From an uncultured Gammaproteobacteria bacterium (GTDB lineage: Bacteria > Patescibacteriota > Patescibacteriia > SG8-24), in assembly GCA_964407925.1 (NCBI GenBank), contig CAYOXM010000002.1, positions 1,046 through 65,045 of the forward strand: a stretch of DNA of 64,000 bases, written 5' to 3'. Below are positions 17,793 to 27,016 of this stretch, in pieces. The stretch's first letter is position 1. The number at the start of each line of letters is the position of its first letter. Below the pieces are notes generated by a model, which did no database searches, was not told where the DNA came from, and was given only the letters and a program-made list of their open reading frames with translations. Position numbers and translations under genes: made by a program.

Positions 17793-19048
17793 TTCGTGAG
17801 CGTCATTTCCCACCCGGGAGGGTTGAGCGGGATGGTGGCGGTTTCGCCGCGGGACAGGGCGTCGAACGTCGCCGCGTGGCGAATAAAGCCGAGGTCGGGA
17901 AGTGGCGGATCGCGGAAGTCGGCGGCGAATCCGAAGGCGGCAATGCACAACGTCACGACGCCTATCGCGCGGGTGATGCGGGCTTTTTTGCGTGTCGCCG
18001 CCCATAGCGCCGACGTGACGAGCGCGAGTACGGGAAGGAACCAGTAACGGGAACCCGACGACGACGAAAAAAGCACGGACCATGCGCGGGCGGCATAATC
18101 GGCCGCCCCCGCAGTCCGGCCGATGTTTGGCGCGATGAGCGATGCGGCGAAACTCGCGCCGGCGAACGCGAGGAGATAGCGGAGCTGCCAGGATCCCCGG
18201 ACGGCGGCGTAGGCGATGGTCGCGACGGCGGCGAGGGAGATGAGGTGCGGCAGAAGATCGTGGTTCGCGAGCATGCGGTAGCCGCGCATGCCGACGAGCC
18301 CGCCGAGGAGAATCTGCTTTTCGATCATGCCGACGAGCAGCGCAAGGCTGAACTCCGGGCGATACCCGAACCTGCTGCCGGCATTGAGCGCGAACAGCGC
18401 CATGAGCTGCAGCGCTCCCGTCACCGCAAGCACGAGAAGCTGCCGAAGACGTCGGCCGTCGTTTTCCTTGCGCCACCGCAGATAGGCGAGCGGCGCAAGG
18501 AAAACCGCGTAGGGTCCCGAGAGTCCCGCGAGCGCGAGCGTCGCGACATCGACCGCGTTTCCGCCGCGCGTCGATGGCGGGCGCGCGACGACGATCATGA
18601 AGGCGATGAGCGCCAAGTACCACTGCGCGTTCGTCGCGTTGCCGTGTATTTCGGCGGTATTGGGCAGCAGCAGATAGGCCGCGGCGAGCGCCAGCCGCGC
18701 TCGGAAGTCCGGTATGGCGTCCTTGAATCGCGGCGAAAGGAGGAATGCCGCGGGCACTGCCTGCAGGACGAAAGCCACGCCATTCATGAAAAGCGGCGCG
18801 AGAGCGAGGGGCAGCGCCTGTGCGGCGAGGCCGACGAGGCGCAGGTACGTGGAGAAGTACCCGTCCTGCGTCATGAGGAACGGACGGAGCGCGCCGAACT
18901 CGTGCGCGTGCCGATACCAGATCGCGCCGTCCTCGGCCCAGAATTGCGCGTTCAGGAGGGCGTCGGGCCGGCGGAGAACAACGACGGCGAGCGCGAAAAG
19001 AAAAGCCGCCACGTACGGCCGACGTCCTTCGGCGAACGCGCGGCGCAT
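17786..19048 (-). CDS. Integral membrane protein (about 11 TM helices), possibly a GT-C-fold glycosyltransferase; function uncertain.
   Basis: 420-aa hydrophobic ORF with high GC3. Confidence 0.45.
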   Translation of the reverse strand: MRRAFAEGRRPYVAAFLFALAVVVLRRPDALLNAQFWAEDGAIWYRHAHEFGALRPFLMTQDGYFSTYLRLVGLAAQALPLALAPLFMNGVAFVLQAVPAAFLLSPRFKDAIPDFRARLALAAAYLLLPNTAEIHGNATNAQWYLALIAFMIVVARPPSTRGGNAVDVATLALAGLSGPYAVFLAPLAYLRWRKENDGRRLRQLLVLAVTGALQLMALFALNAGSRFGYRPEFSLALLVGMIEKQILLGGLVGMRGYRMLANHDLLPHLISLAAVATIAYAAVRGSWQLRYLLAFAGASFAASLIAPNIGRTAGAADYAARAWSVLFSSSSGSRYWFLPVLALVTSALWAATRKKARITRAIGVVTLCIAAFGFAADFRDPPLPDLGFIRHAATFDALSRGETATIPLNPPGWEMTLTKK

Positions 19049-19051
19049 ACG

Positions 19052-19657
19052 TCAGCGGCAGGCGGCGACGGCGGCCTCGATGGTAACTTCGGTAAAGCCG
19101 AGCGCCTTGAACAGCGTTTCAAGCTGCCGTTTCGCGCTGTCCGTGGCGACCGCGAAAATGTCGCCCGCGCATGCCGCCGCGCGGATGGCGATTTCCGCCT
19201 GCGACCGCGCATCGGCTTCGAGGTCCTTATCGCCCTTCGTGAGCAGGCCGAGCTTGCGGTCGTACACCTGCGTTTTTTCGGCGTCGAGCGAGGCGACCAG
19301 GATTTCCGGGGCGGGCAGATGCATGGTAAGCGAAGTGCCGGTCACGGTCACGTCGTCGTCGCGCAACTTGGCGAGGTCGAAACCGGCTATGACGCGGCCG
19401 TGCGCGACGAGCAGGATGCGGTCGCCGAAAAGGAAGTCCTTGAGCTTGCTGCCGACGGTTCCCGCTTCGATTACTTTTTCCACGGTGAACGACGTCGATT
19501 CGAGCCGGCCGAGGCGTTGGACCTCCTTCACGACCGCCGTGCGGCTCAAATCGAACGCGGGACCGGCGGAAGGCCGGCTGACCTTGAGGGCGATGGCGGT
19601 GACGACGCCGCCGCCGAGGACGATGCCGACGGCGAGTGCGATGATCGCGCGTTTCAT
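19052..19657 (-). CDS. DUF4230-like membrane-anchored protein.
   Basis: Start at MKRAIIALAVGIVLGGG (one TM helix), then a soluble domain. Confidence 0.45.
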   Translation of the reverse strand: MKRAIIALAVGIVLGGGVVTAIALKVSRPSAGPAFDLSRTAVVKEVQRLGRLESTSFTVEKVIEAGTVGSKLKDFLFGDRILLVAHGRVIAGFDLAKLRDDDVTVTGTSLTMHLPAPEILVASLDAEKTQVYDRKLGLLTKGDKDLEADARSQAEIAIRAAACAGDIFAVATDSAKRQLETLFKALGFTEVTIEAAVAACR

Positions 19658-19722
19658 GTCGTTCAGTATACCGGCCTCCGGCCGGTCGCACAAATGAAAA
19701 ACCGCCCTTTCGGGCGGGTTCG

Positions 19723-20499
19723 TCAGACGCCCTTCCCGAAGACGGGAAGTTCACCGTGACAGACGAGCGGGAAGTCGTGAAAGGCCTCAGGATGCTTCGC
19801 GAGGATGAAGCGGTCGAGGAGCAGGTAGCTCTGCGGCGCCATGACCGCGGCCAACCGCCGCAGGGCGAGCGCGACCGTGCGCGGACGGAAGTAGCCGAGG
19901 AAGTTGCGGCAGACGATGAGGTCGTACGGACCGCCGAGGTGGTCCTTGAACACGTCGCCGTGCCTGAACCGCAGGTGGCCCATGACGACGGGATCGACGT
20001 AGCCGTGGACGTACTTCGGCATTCCTGAGAGCGGGATGATGCCGCTCCTCGCCGTGTCGATGCACGCGGGCTGGATGTCGATGCCGTCAATCAGGAAGTG
20101 GCCGCAGCCGCCCTCCAGGCATTCGATGGCCAGGCTGACCGCCTCCTCGCCGTGCGAGCACGGGAGGCTCAGGATGCGCCCGCCTTCCGCATTGTCCCTG
20201 AGGAACGGGACTATTTCCTTGCGCAGGAAATCGATCTCCGGTCCATCGAACCGCATCAGGGTCGTCTCGTTCGTGATGAGGTTCGCGCGGAGCTTCTCTT
20301 CGAGGCTCATGCGGGCGAACGTCCCGGCACCCGCCCAATACGCGCCGCGCGAATCGGCGGCGAGCAGGCGCTCGAGATCGGCGACGTCCTTGGCGCGATC
20401 GACCGCGTAGAGCAGCTCCGAAACGTATCGCGAATCCTTGTCGAGCACGCCGGATTCCTGTCGAATGAACGAACGAACGGCATCAAGATCATTCAGCAT
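19723..20499 (-). CDS. CheR-type SAM-dependent methyltransferase-domain protein (orphan; no chemotaxis genes nearby).
   Basis: [17 protein letters not shown] (compare CheR RIWSAGCSTGEEPYSLA) and [12 protein letters not shown] (compare DVIFCRNVLIYF). Confidence 0.55.
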   Translation of the reverse strand: MLNDLDAVRSFIRQESGVLDKDSRYVSELLYAVDRAKDVADLERLLAADSRGAYWAGAGTFARMSLEEKLRANLITNETTLMRFDGPEIDFLRKEIVPFLRDNAEGGRILSLPCSHGEEAVSLAIECLEGGCGHFLIDGIDIQPACIDTARSGIIPLSGMPKYVHGYVDPVVMGHLRFRHGDVFKDHLGGPYDLIVCRNFLGYFRPRTVALALRRLAAVMAPQSYLLLDRFILAKHPEAFHDFPLVCHGELPVFGKGV

Positions 20500-20560
20500 G
20501 GCATCGTCCTCCTTGTCCCCTCCGATAAGGAACCGCGCATCTTTGCAGAAAAAACGCGTT

Positions 20561-20590
20561 TTGTCAACCGTGTGACCGCCGTGCTACGAT
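20561..20590 (+). promoter_or_regulatory. Sigma70-like promoter TTGTCA-N18-TACGAT upstream of the second msrB.
   Basis: Hexamers at 20561-20566 and 20585-20590. Confidence 0.4.
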
Positions 20591-20622
20591 TGCGTCCGTG
20601 CTCATCCGTTAACGCGTTCCCC

Positions 20623-21027
20623 ATGACCGACAAGATGCTCAAAAGCGAGGAGGAATGGAAGCGATCGCTCACGCCGGAGCAGTATCGCGTGCTGCGCGAG
20701 AAGGGAACCGAAGCGGCTTTTACGGGGAAATACTGGGATGTCGACGCCGACGGGATGTTCCGCTGCGCGGGCTGCGGCGCAGCGCTGTTCGCGTCCGACG
20801 CGAAGTTCGACTCCGGGACCGGTTGGCCGAGCTTCACCGCGCCTGCGGCAAAGGACGCGGTCGAGTTGCGAACCGACGACAGTCATGGCATGCGCCGGAC
20901 GGAGGTCGTCTGCGCGAAGTGCGGCGGGCATCTCGGGCACGTCTTCGACGACGGTCCGGGACCGGACGGCAAGCGTTTCTGCATCAATTCCTGCTCGTTG
21001 TCGCTCGACGAGAAGAAAAAAGGATGA
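20623..21027 (+). CDS. msrB: Peptide-methionine (R)-S-oxide reductase MsrB, cytoplasmic form without a signal peptide.
   Basis: CAGCGAALF...GWPSF...[12 protein letters not shown]; 134 aa. Confidence 0.85.
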   Translation: MTDKMLKSEEEWKRSLTPEQYRVLREKGTEAAFTGKYWDVDADGMFRCAGCGAALFASDAKFDSGTGWPSFTAPAAKDAVELRTDDSHGMRRTEVVCAKCGGHLGHVFDDGPGPDGKRFCINSCSLSLDEKKKG

Positions 21028-21058
21028 GAAAACCCGCGGTTCGCCGCGGGTTTTCGTC
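21028..21058. terminator. Bidirectional intrinsic terminator (aaaacccgcgg-ttcg-ccgcgggtttt).
   Basis: Hairpin flanked by A-runs and T-runs between convergent genes. Confidence 0.6.
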
Positions 21059-22868
21059 ACGCGATTTGGATCGGCACGCTCACGACCGCGACGTTCTCGC
21101 GGAGCAGTTCGTGCTTTATCCACGTCGCCGTCTGGTTGTGCAGCAGGAGCTGCCACCAATGCGGACAGATGAATTCCGGCAAAATGACCGAAATCGCCGC
21201 CTGCGGATGCTGCCGTTCGATTTCGCGGATATAGTGCAGGAGGATGTCGACGATGCGCCGGTACGGCGACGGCGCGATGATGAGCGGGATGTCGAGGCCC
21301 CAGGTATCCCATTTCTCGCGAATCGTCGCCGCGTCACGGTCGTCAAAACTCACGTGGATGGCCTTGATGACTGTCGGCTGAAGCGACTTGGCGTAACGGG
21401 CGGCCGCGACCGTTCCCTTGTGCACGGTACCGATGAACAGGATGGCGACGCGTTCCTCGGGAATCGGCAGCTGGCGCTCTTCCGAAAGCGTCAATCGCGT
21501 CTTGAAGTGTTCGTAATGCCGTTTGATGCCGTAGGAGGTCGCGACGATCGCGGGAATGGCCACGAAGACCGCCCAGGCGCCGTGCGTGAACTTGGTCGCG
21601 GCGATGACGGCGAGCACGGCGACGGTGACCGCGCCGCCCACGGCGTTCATCGCCATGTTGCGACGCCATCCCGCCGTGCGCTCCCTGAGCCACTTGCGCA
21701 CCATCCCGAACTGCGAAAGCGAAAAGCCGAGGAAAACGCCGACGGCGTAGAGCGGGATGAGCCGGTGCGTCTCGCCAGCGAAGCCGATGACAAGCAGCGA
21801 CGAGGCCGCCGCGAGGAGCATGATGCCGTTCGAATACACCAGCCGGTCGCCTTGATTCACGAGCTGGGCCGGCAGGTAGCGGTCGCGCGCCATGAAGAAC
21901 GCGAGGCGGGGAAAATCGGCGAAGCTCGTGTTCGCCGCGAAGAGAAGGATGAGCGCCGTCGAGAATTGGACGAGGTAGTATCCCGGACCTCCGGCGAATA
22001 CCGCGCGGGCGATTTGCGATACGACTGTCTCTCCCGCGACAGGCAGGACGCCGAGACGGTCCGCGAGCACGGTGATGCCGACGAACAACACGGCGAGGAT
22101 GGCGCCCATCGCGAACAGCGTCCGTCGCGCGTTTTTCGACTCCGGCTTTTTGAATGCCTGTACGCCGTTGGAAATGGCCTCGATGCCGGTGAGCGCGGTG
22201 CAGCCGGCGGCGAACGCGCGCAAGATCAGGAAGACGCCAAGGCCCTCGTGCGCGAGCGGCACGGCGGCGGTGAGCGGCGGCGTCCCCGCGGCGGTCCGGA
22301 TGAGTCCCGTGACGATGAGCGCGGCGATCGAGGCGATGAAGACGTACGCCGGCACCGCGAACGCCTTGCCTGACGCACGGACTCCGCGCAGGTTCGTGAC
22401 CGTGATGAGCGTGATGGCGGCGACGCCGAGCGCGATGCGGTGCTCGTGCAGGGCGGGAAAGGCCGACGTGAGCGCCGCGGTACCGGCGGTAATCGAAACC
22501 GCGACGGTCAACGTGTAGTCGAGGAGGAGCGACGCGCCCGCGACGAGCGCTGGCAGTTCGCCGAGGTTTTCCTTCGCCACGACGTAGGCGCCGCCGCCGG
22601 TCGGATAGGCCCTGATCGTCTGCCCGTACGACAGGACGACTATGAGGAGCAGGACGACGATGGCGGACGCGAGCGGCAGGGTAAGGTGCAGGCCGGCCGC
22701 GCCCGCAAGCACCAGGACCAGAAGTATTTCTTCCGTCGCGTAAGCGACCGAGGAGAGCGCGTCCGAGGAAAAGACGGCGAGCGCGGTGCGCTTGTCGAGC
22801 CGCTCTTCGGTCGCCTGTGCCGTCTTCAACGGCTGCCCTATGAGGAGCCTTTTGAGGGCGTTGGGCAT
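21057..22868 (-). CDS. APC-superfamily amino-acid permease with a C-terminal cytoplasmic domain.
   Basis: Start at MPNALKRLLIGQPL (typical APC N-terminus), 12 TM segments and a soluble tail of ~150 aa. Confidence 0.7.
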   Translation of the reverse strand: MPNALKRLLIGQPLKTAQATEERLDKRTALAVFSSDALSSVAYATEEILLVLVLAGAAGLHLTLPLASAIVVLLLIVVLSYGQTIRAYPTGGGAYVVAKENLGELPALVAGASLLLDYTLTVAVSITAGTAALTSAFPALHEHRIALGVAAITLITVTNLRGVRASGKAFAVPAYVFIASIAALIVTGLIRTAAGTPPLTAAVPLAHEGLGVFLILRAFAAGCTALTGIEAISNGVQAFKKPESKNARRTLFAMGAILAVLFVGITVLADRLGVLPVAGETVVSQIARAVFAGGPGYYLVQFSTALILLFAANTSFADFPRLAFFMARDRYLPAQLVNQGDRLVYSNGIMLLAAASSLLVIGFAGETHRLIPLYAVGVFLGFSLSQFGMVRKWLRERTAGWRRNMAMNAVGGAVTVAVLAVIAATKFTHGAWAVFVAIPAIVATSYGIKRHYEHFKTRLTLSEERQLPIPEERVAILFIGTVHKGTVAAARYAKSLQPTVIKAIHVSFDDRDAATIREKWDTWGLDIPLIIAPSPYRRIVDILLHYIREIERQHPQAAISVILPEFICPHWWQLLLHNQTATWIKHELLRENVAVVSVPIQIA

Positions 22869-22931
22869 AGCAAATGACGCTTCAAGCATACCCCCGCGTT
22901 CGCCGGCGTGGCAACCAATCGGCGAGTCCCG

Positions 22932-22937
22932 TATACT
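22932..22937 (+). promoter_or_regulatory. -10 element TATACT ending 8 nt before the ATG at 22946 (leaderless arrangement).
   Basis: Sequence motif. Confidence 0.4.
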
Positions 22938-22945
22938 GCGTCCAT

Positions 22946-24211
22946 ATGCAGTCCGCACTCCCGAATCCCAAGGACAAGCGCAAGAAGAACCGTTACGAGG
23001 TCGAGCCGCAGCTCGGCAGCCGCGCCGAACGGCCCGAAGAGAAGGAGACGCGTCCTGACGTAGAGGCGATGGAAACCGAGAAGGGCGCCGTATCGAACGT
23101 CGACGCCGGGTATGCCGGCGAGGTTTCGTCGTACTTCAACGAGCGTCGAAAGGTCGCCGACGTCACGGACGCGCAGGACACGGAGTATTTCGACTACGAC
23201 GCATTCCTTGCCGAGGAGCAACGTTCGCTTGAGAAACTGGCCAACCCCGAGACTGCGGCGAAACTCCAACCGAAGGACGTCGCGTTCGCGCTCGGCGATC
23301 TTGCGGGCACGATGAGTGCCAAGAACCCCGAACGGAAAGTGAACGTCACCGGCGACGACGCGAAGGACGCGGCGGCGCAGCGCGAACACGACGCCAGTCG
23401 CAGGCTCTTCATGGATTCGGCGAAGAAGATCTTCCCGAACGTGAGCGCCGACGCCGGCGACATGGGCAACGAAGTGGCGAGGACCGCCGAACGGCTGAGT
23501 TTCGCCGCCGACGCGTCCTTCATTCCCGATCTTGCGCCGGCCGACCTGCAGAGGATGTTCGACGACGACCCCGAGGCGCTCGCCGAAAAGCTCGACGAGG
23601 TCCTGGAAAAGACGGGGGATCTGATGCAGACGCGCGCACGGATGTCGTTCGACCTCCAGGACGGCAAGCGGCGCGTCGAGGCCGACGCCCACCTTGCCGC
23701 GGGGACGGAGATGTACTACAAACTTCAGCTCCTTCGCGACAAGGTGCGCGAGAAGCAGTATGGCCGGCCGGACATCGCCGCGAACGAGCAGCGCAAGGTC
23801 GACGAGATGCGCCGCGCGTTCGACGGCGGAACCGCGGAGGAGAAGAAGGATGACGCGGTCGCGCAGCGCGCGCTCGAGACGGCGAAGGCGGGAGGGGCCG
23901 GCGGCGAGGCGCTCCGCGACGCATGGAACGGCGACGGAGCGAAGCTCGCGGCGCGCATGGACCGTCTCACGGAACGCGCGAAGGCGATGACGGAGGAGAA
24001 GCTCAAGGACGACCGGCATCCGCTGTCACGCACGGACGCCGTCAGGCTTTCGCTCAGGCAGTGCTACGGCGACCTCCTTCCGGCAGAACGCAAGGCGTTC
24101 GAGGATGCCGCGAACAAGGAGACGGCCGAGAGGGAACGCGATGAAAATCCGGAGGTCGTTTCCGGCGAAAAGCTGTACGTCGAGTTCATGGCGAAGCTCG
24201 TTCGGGAATGA
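22946..24211 (+). CDS. Acidic, probably alpha-helical hypothetical protein (~420 aa), no TM helix or signal peptide.
   Basis: ATG at 22946 (MQSALPNPKDK...) and high GC3. Confidence 0.45.
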   Translation: MQSALPNPKDKRKKNRYEVEPQLGSRAERPEEKETRPDVEAMETEKGAVSNVDAGYAGEVSSYFNERRKVADVTDAQDTEYFDYDAFLAEEQRSLEKLANPETAAKLQPKDVAFALGDLAGTMSAKNPERKVNVTGDDAKDAAAQREHDASRRLFMDSAKKIFPNVSADAGDMGNEVARTAERLSFAADASFIPDLAPADLQRMFDDDPEALAEKLDEVLEKTGDLMQTRARMSFDLQDGKRRVEADAHLAAGTEMYYKLQLLRDKVREKQYGRPDIAANEQRKVDEMRRAFDGGTAEEKKDDAVAQRALETAKAGGAGGEALRDAWNGDGAKLAARMDRLTERAKAMTEEKLKDDRHPLSRTDAVRLSLRQCYGDLLPAERKAFEDAANKETAERERDENPEVVSGEKLYVEFMAKLVRE

Positions 24212-24237
24212 AAAAAGAAGGCCTCGGGCCTTCTTGC
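24212..24237. terminator. Bidirectional intrinsic terminator (aaaaaagaaggcc-tcg-ggccttctt).
   Basis: Hairpin with a flanking A-run and T-rich 3' side. Confidence 0.55.
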
Positions 24238-24247
24238 GGAGCGCGGG

Positions 24248-24514
24248 TCACGGCGTGCGGTAACGGATGATCCGCCAAGCGTGCATGCCACCGTTGCCGA
24301 AGTGGAACTTGAGCATGAGGTAACCGCCCTTTGCGACATCTTCTACTTCGGCGGTCGGCGCGACCGCCTTCAGGATTTCGGTCGCGCGGGCGATGGACAT
24401 GACCTTGCCGTCGAGGCCGTCGGCCACGACCTTGAGCTGGAGCGGGAGCGGTACGGCAGCGCCGCCGATGCCGGGATGCGGGGCGTAGAAGTACTTCCGC
24501 GTATCGTCGTTCAT
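24248..24514 (-). CDS. Small hypothetical protein (88 aa).
   Basis: High GC3 and a GGAGGT Shine-Dalgarno sequence 3 nt upstream of the start. Confidence 0.4.
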   Translation of the reverse strand: MNDDTRKYFYAPHPGIGGAAVPLPLQLKVVADGLDGKVMSIARATEILKAVAPTAEVEDVAKGGYLMLKFHFGNGGMHAWRIIRYRTP

Positions 24515-24583
24515 GGAACCTCCGAGAAAGGGCCGCGATCAGCCTAGCAGCGTGTCATCACTTCTGTCATCACCCCTCGTCGC

Positions 24584-25216
24584 ATGTGGTTATACGAAAG
24601 GAGGAAGTACGCCTCCGAAAAGAACGGCAAAATCACCTGTCGGAAGCTCTTCGGCCGCTGGGAGATTTTCGTCGGCGGCTTTCATGAGACGTCGCGGTAC
24701 CTCCGCGCGGTATGGCGCGACGCCTATGCCAGGCTGCCGGCGGACTTTTCCCCCCGCAGAATACTGATTTTCGGACTGGCGGGAGGGGACAACGTCGTCC
24801 TTCTCAACGAACGGTTTCCCGCCGGGCGCGTTACCGCGGTCGAGTGGGACCCGGTGATGGTGCGCATCGCGGATGAACTGCAAATCTTTCCGCCCGAACT
24901 TCGGCCGGACGTGATCGTCGCGGACGGCCGTGACGCCGTCGCGACCCTCGCGGCCGGCGCTTACGACCTCGTCCTCGTCGACATGTTCCGTGGCCCGCGC
25001 GTCGCCCAGACCTCGTATTCCCCGGAATTCCTGTCCGGCTTACGACGCATCGTCGCGCCGGGCGGCTTCATTTTTGCGAACGGCTTCGCCGAACCGCAAT
25101 TGTTCGAGGCCGTCGGTCGCCATTTCACGGCCGTGGCGACCTGGAAGACGAAGAACAACAGGATGGCATTGTTCCGCAAGCCCCTTGCGGAGGTCGGGGA
25201 GGGCGCGGTACGCTAA
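24584..25216 (+). CDS. Spermidine-synthase-fold/class I SAM-dependent methyltransferase-like protein.
   Basis: ILIFGLAGGDNVVLL (GGGDGG-like motif), VTAVEWDP and YDLVLVDMF. Confidence 0.5.
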   Translation: MWLYERRKYASEKNGKITCRKLFGRWEIFVGGFHETSRYLRAVWRDAYARLPADFSPRRILIFGLAGGDNVVLLNERFPAGRVTAVEWDPVMVRIADELQIFPPELRPDVIVADGRDAVATLAAGAYDLVLVDMFRGPRVAQTSYSPEFLSGLRRIVAPGGFIFANGFAEPQLFEAVGRHFTAVATWKTKNNRMALFRKPLAEVGEGAVR

Positions 25217-25287
25217 ATGCCTATGGTGCGCACGACCCGAAACGCCATGACCGGCGAGTATTATCCTCACGGAGGGCTGGCTTCGTA

Positions 25288-26175
25288 TTGAGCGACTCGC
25301 ATCGCCTCACGGAGACGGCCCCGGACTACCGGGGCTTTTTCATTCCATCCATGCCTCAAGAAATCGTCGAAAGCATAGTCCTCCTCGATCTCGACCACCC
25401 CGGCGCGAACGATCCCGCGTACCGTCGTCGTCGTGACGACATCGCCGCGCTGACCGGCGCGTGGCGGCGCGACCCTTCGCGCATCCCTGACGTGGCCTAC
25501 ACCGACGAGGAAAGGGAGACGTGGCGTTGCGTCGTGTCACGGCTCGAAGCCAAGCATGAGGGTCGGGCGAGTGCCGCGTACCTGCGCGCAAAACGGTCCC
25601 TCGACATCGTTCCCGAGCGCGTACCGCAGCTTTCCGAACTGGATGCCGTCCTCGCTCGTCGTCACGGTTTTCGCCTTGCGCCCGTCGAGGGACTCATCGA
25701 ATCGCGCGCGTTCCTCGGCGCCCTCGGTGACGGTGTCATGCGCTGCACGCAGTACTTGCGGCATTCCTCGCGGCCGGAGTACACCCCCGAACCCGATCTC
25801 GTGCACGAGGTCGTCGGGCACGTGCCGACGTTCACCGATGCCGAGTTCGTCGCTTACACGAAACTTGTCGGCCGTGCCTCACATTCGGCGACGCCGGCGC
25901 AGCTCACTCAGCTCGAACGGCTGTACTGGTTCACCATCGAGTTCGGGCTTGTCAGGGAACAGGGCGAACTGAAAGCCTTCGGCGCGGGACTGCTCTCGTC
26001 GCTCGGGGAAATCGACCACTGCCTCGGCCCCGAGGTCGAGCGGCGTCCGTTCGCGATGGCGGAAGTGCTCGATACGCCTTTCGATTTTTCCGCCATGCAG
26101 CCGAAGCTCTTCGTCATCGATTCTTTCGCTCAACTTAGGAAAGAAACGGAGGGGCTCCTCCGGTCGTTTCGATGA
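25288..26175 (+). CDS. phhA: Phenylalanine-4-hydroxylase (biopterin-dependent aromatic amino-acid hydroxylase, monomeric bacterial type).
   Basis: PEPDLVHEVVGHVP iron-binding His pair and ERLYWFTIEFGL. TTG start at 25288 with a GGAGGG Shine-Dalgarno sequence 11 nt upstream. Confidence 0.75.
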   Translation: MSDSHRLTETAPDYRGFFIPSMPQEIVESIVLLDLDHPGANDPAYRRRRDDIAALTGAWRRDPSRIPDVAYTDEERETWRCVVSRLEAKHEGRASAAYLRAKRSLDIVPERVPQLSELDAVLARRHGFRLAPVEGLIESRAFLGALGDGVMRCTQYLRHSSRPEYTPEPDLVHEVVGHVPTFTDAEFVAYTKLVGRASHSATPAQLTQLERLYWFTIEFGLVREQGELKAFGAGLLSSLGEIDHCLGPEVERRPFAMAEVLDTPFDFSAMQPKLFVIDSFAQLRKETEGLLRSFR

Positions 26176-26184
26176 TGGTATACT
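26176..26184 (+). promoter_or_regulatory. Extended -10 element TGGTATACT; ATGs follow at 26188 and 26194.
   Basis: Sequence motif. Confidence 0.4.
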
Positions 26185-26187
26185 GTC

Positions 26188-27012
26188 ATGCGTATGAGAA
26201 AAATCATCCTCAGGCGGGCAATCCCCGTTATCGCAATCGTCGTCATTGCTTCGGTCGTCATGGCCCTGCAGTCGGTGCGTCGTGCCGAGCGTTCTGCGTC
26301 CGTTCCCACGAACGCAGCCGCCCTCAAGGGCGAGGCCGGCAACCCCGACATCGTGGCGGAAATGGTCACGTACCACGGAACGACGCGCGGCTTCTACGCC
26401 GCGCCGAACGGCTACGGCGACGAACCCGGCGTCGTGATGATTCACGAGTGGTGGGGCTTGAACGACGGCATCAAGGAACAGGCGCGGACTCTCGCAGCGA
26501 AAGGATTCGCCGTCTTGGCCGTCGACTTATATGACGGCAGGGTCGCCGCGACCCCCGAAGAGGCGCGCGCGTACGTTTCCGGCGTCAAACCCGAAGCGGC
26601 GGTCGCGAACATGCGCGACGCCGTGGCCTTCTTGCGCGGCAAGGGCGCTTCCAGGATCGCATCGCTCGGGTGGTGTTTCGGCGGCGGACAATCGCTGCAA
26701 CTCGCGCTTTCCGGCGAAAAGCTGGACGCGACGGTCATTTACTACGGTTCCCTGACCGATGACGAGAAAAAGCTTTCGGCGATGAAGTGGCCCGTGCTCG
26801 GCATTTTCGGCGACAAGGACCAGTCGATTACGGTCGATAGCGTGCGCAAATTCGAAGGTGCGCTCAGCCGTCTCGGCACCGAGAAGGAGATATACGTCTT
26901 CCCCGGCGTCGGCCACGCTTTCGCGAATCCGTCCGGGGCGAACTACGCGCCGAACGAGACCAAGGAGGCCTGGGACAAGACGGTGACGTTTCTCATGAAG
27001 CATTTGAAGTAG
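26188..27012 (+). CDS. Dienelactone hydrolase family protein with an N-terminal TM anchor.
   Basis: GWCFGG nucleophile-elbow motif and the ...GHAF terminal His motif. Confidence 0.7.
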   Translation: MRMRKIILRRAIPVIAIVVIASVVMALQSVRRAERSASVPTNAAALKGEAGNPDIVAEMVTYHGTTRGFYAAPNGYGDEPGVVMIHEWWGLNDGIKEQARTLAAKGFAVLAVDLYDGRVAATPEEARAYVSGVKPEAAVANMRDAVAFLRGKGASRIASLGWCFGGGQSLQLALSGEKLDATVIYYGSLTDDEKKLSAMKWPVLGIFGDKDQSITVDSVRKFEGALSRLGTEKEIYVFPGVGHAFANPSGANYAPNETKEAWDKTVTFLMKHLK

Positions 27013-27016
27013 CACG

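Noticed and set aside
14748-18623. Long minus-strand ORFs (568 aa and 681 aa) antisense to the membrane protein and gdhA
   Set aside because: Arg/His/Gly-rich junk composition; they overlap well-supported plus-strand genes.
20655-22373. 572-aa plus-strand ORF antisense to the APC permease
   Set aside because: Arg/Asp-rich antisense reading of a well-supported membrane transporter gene.
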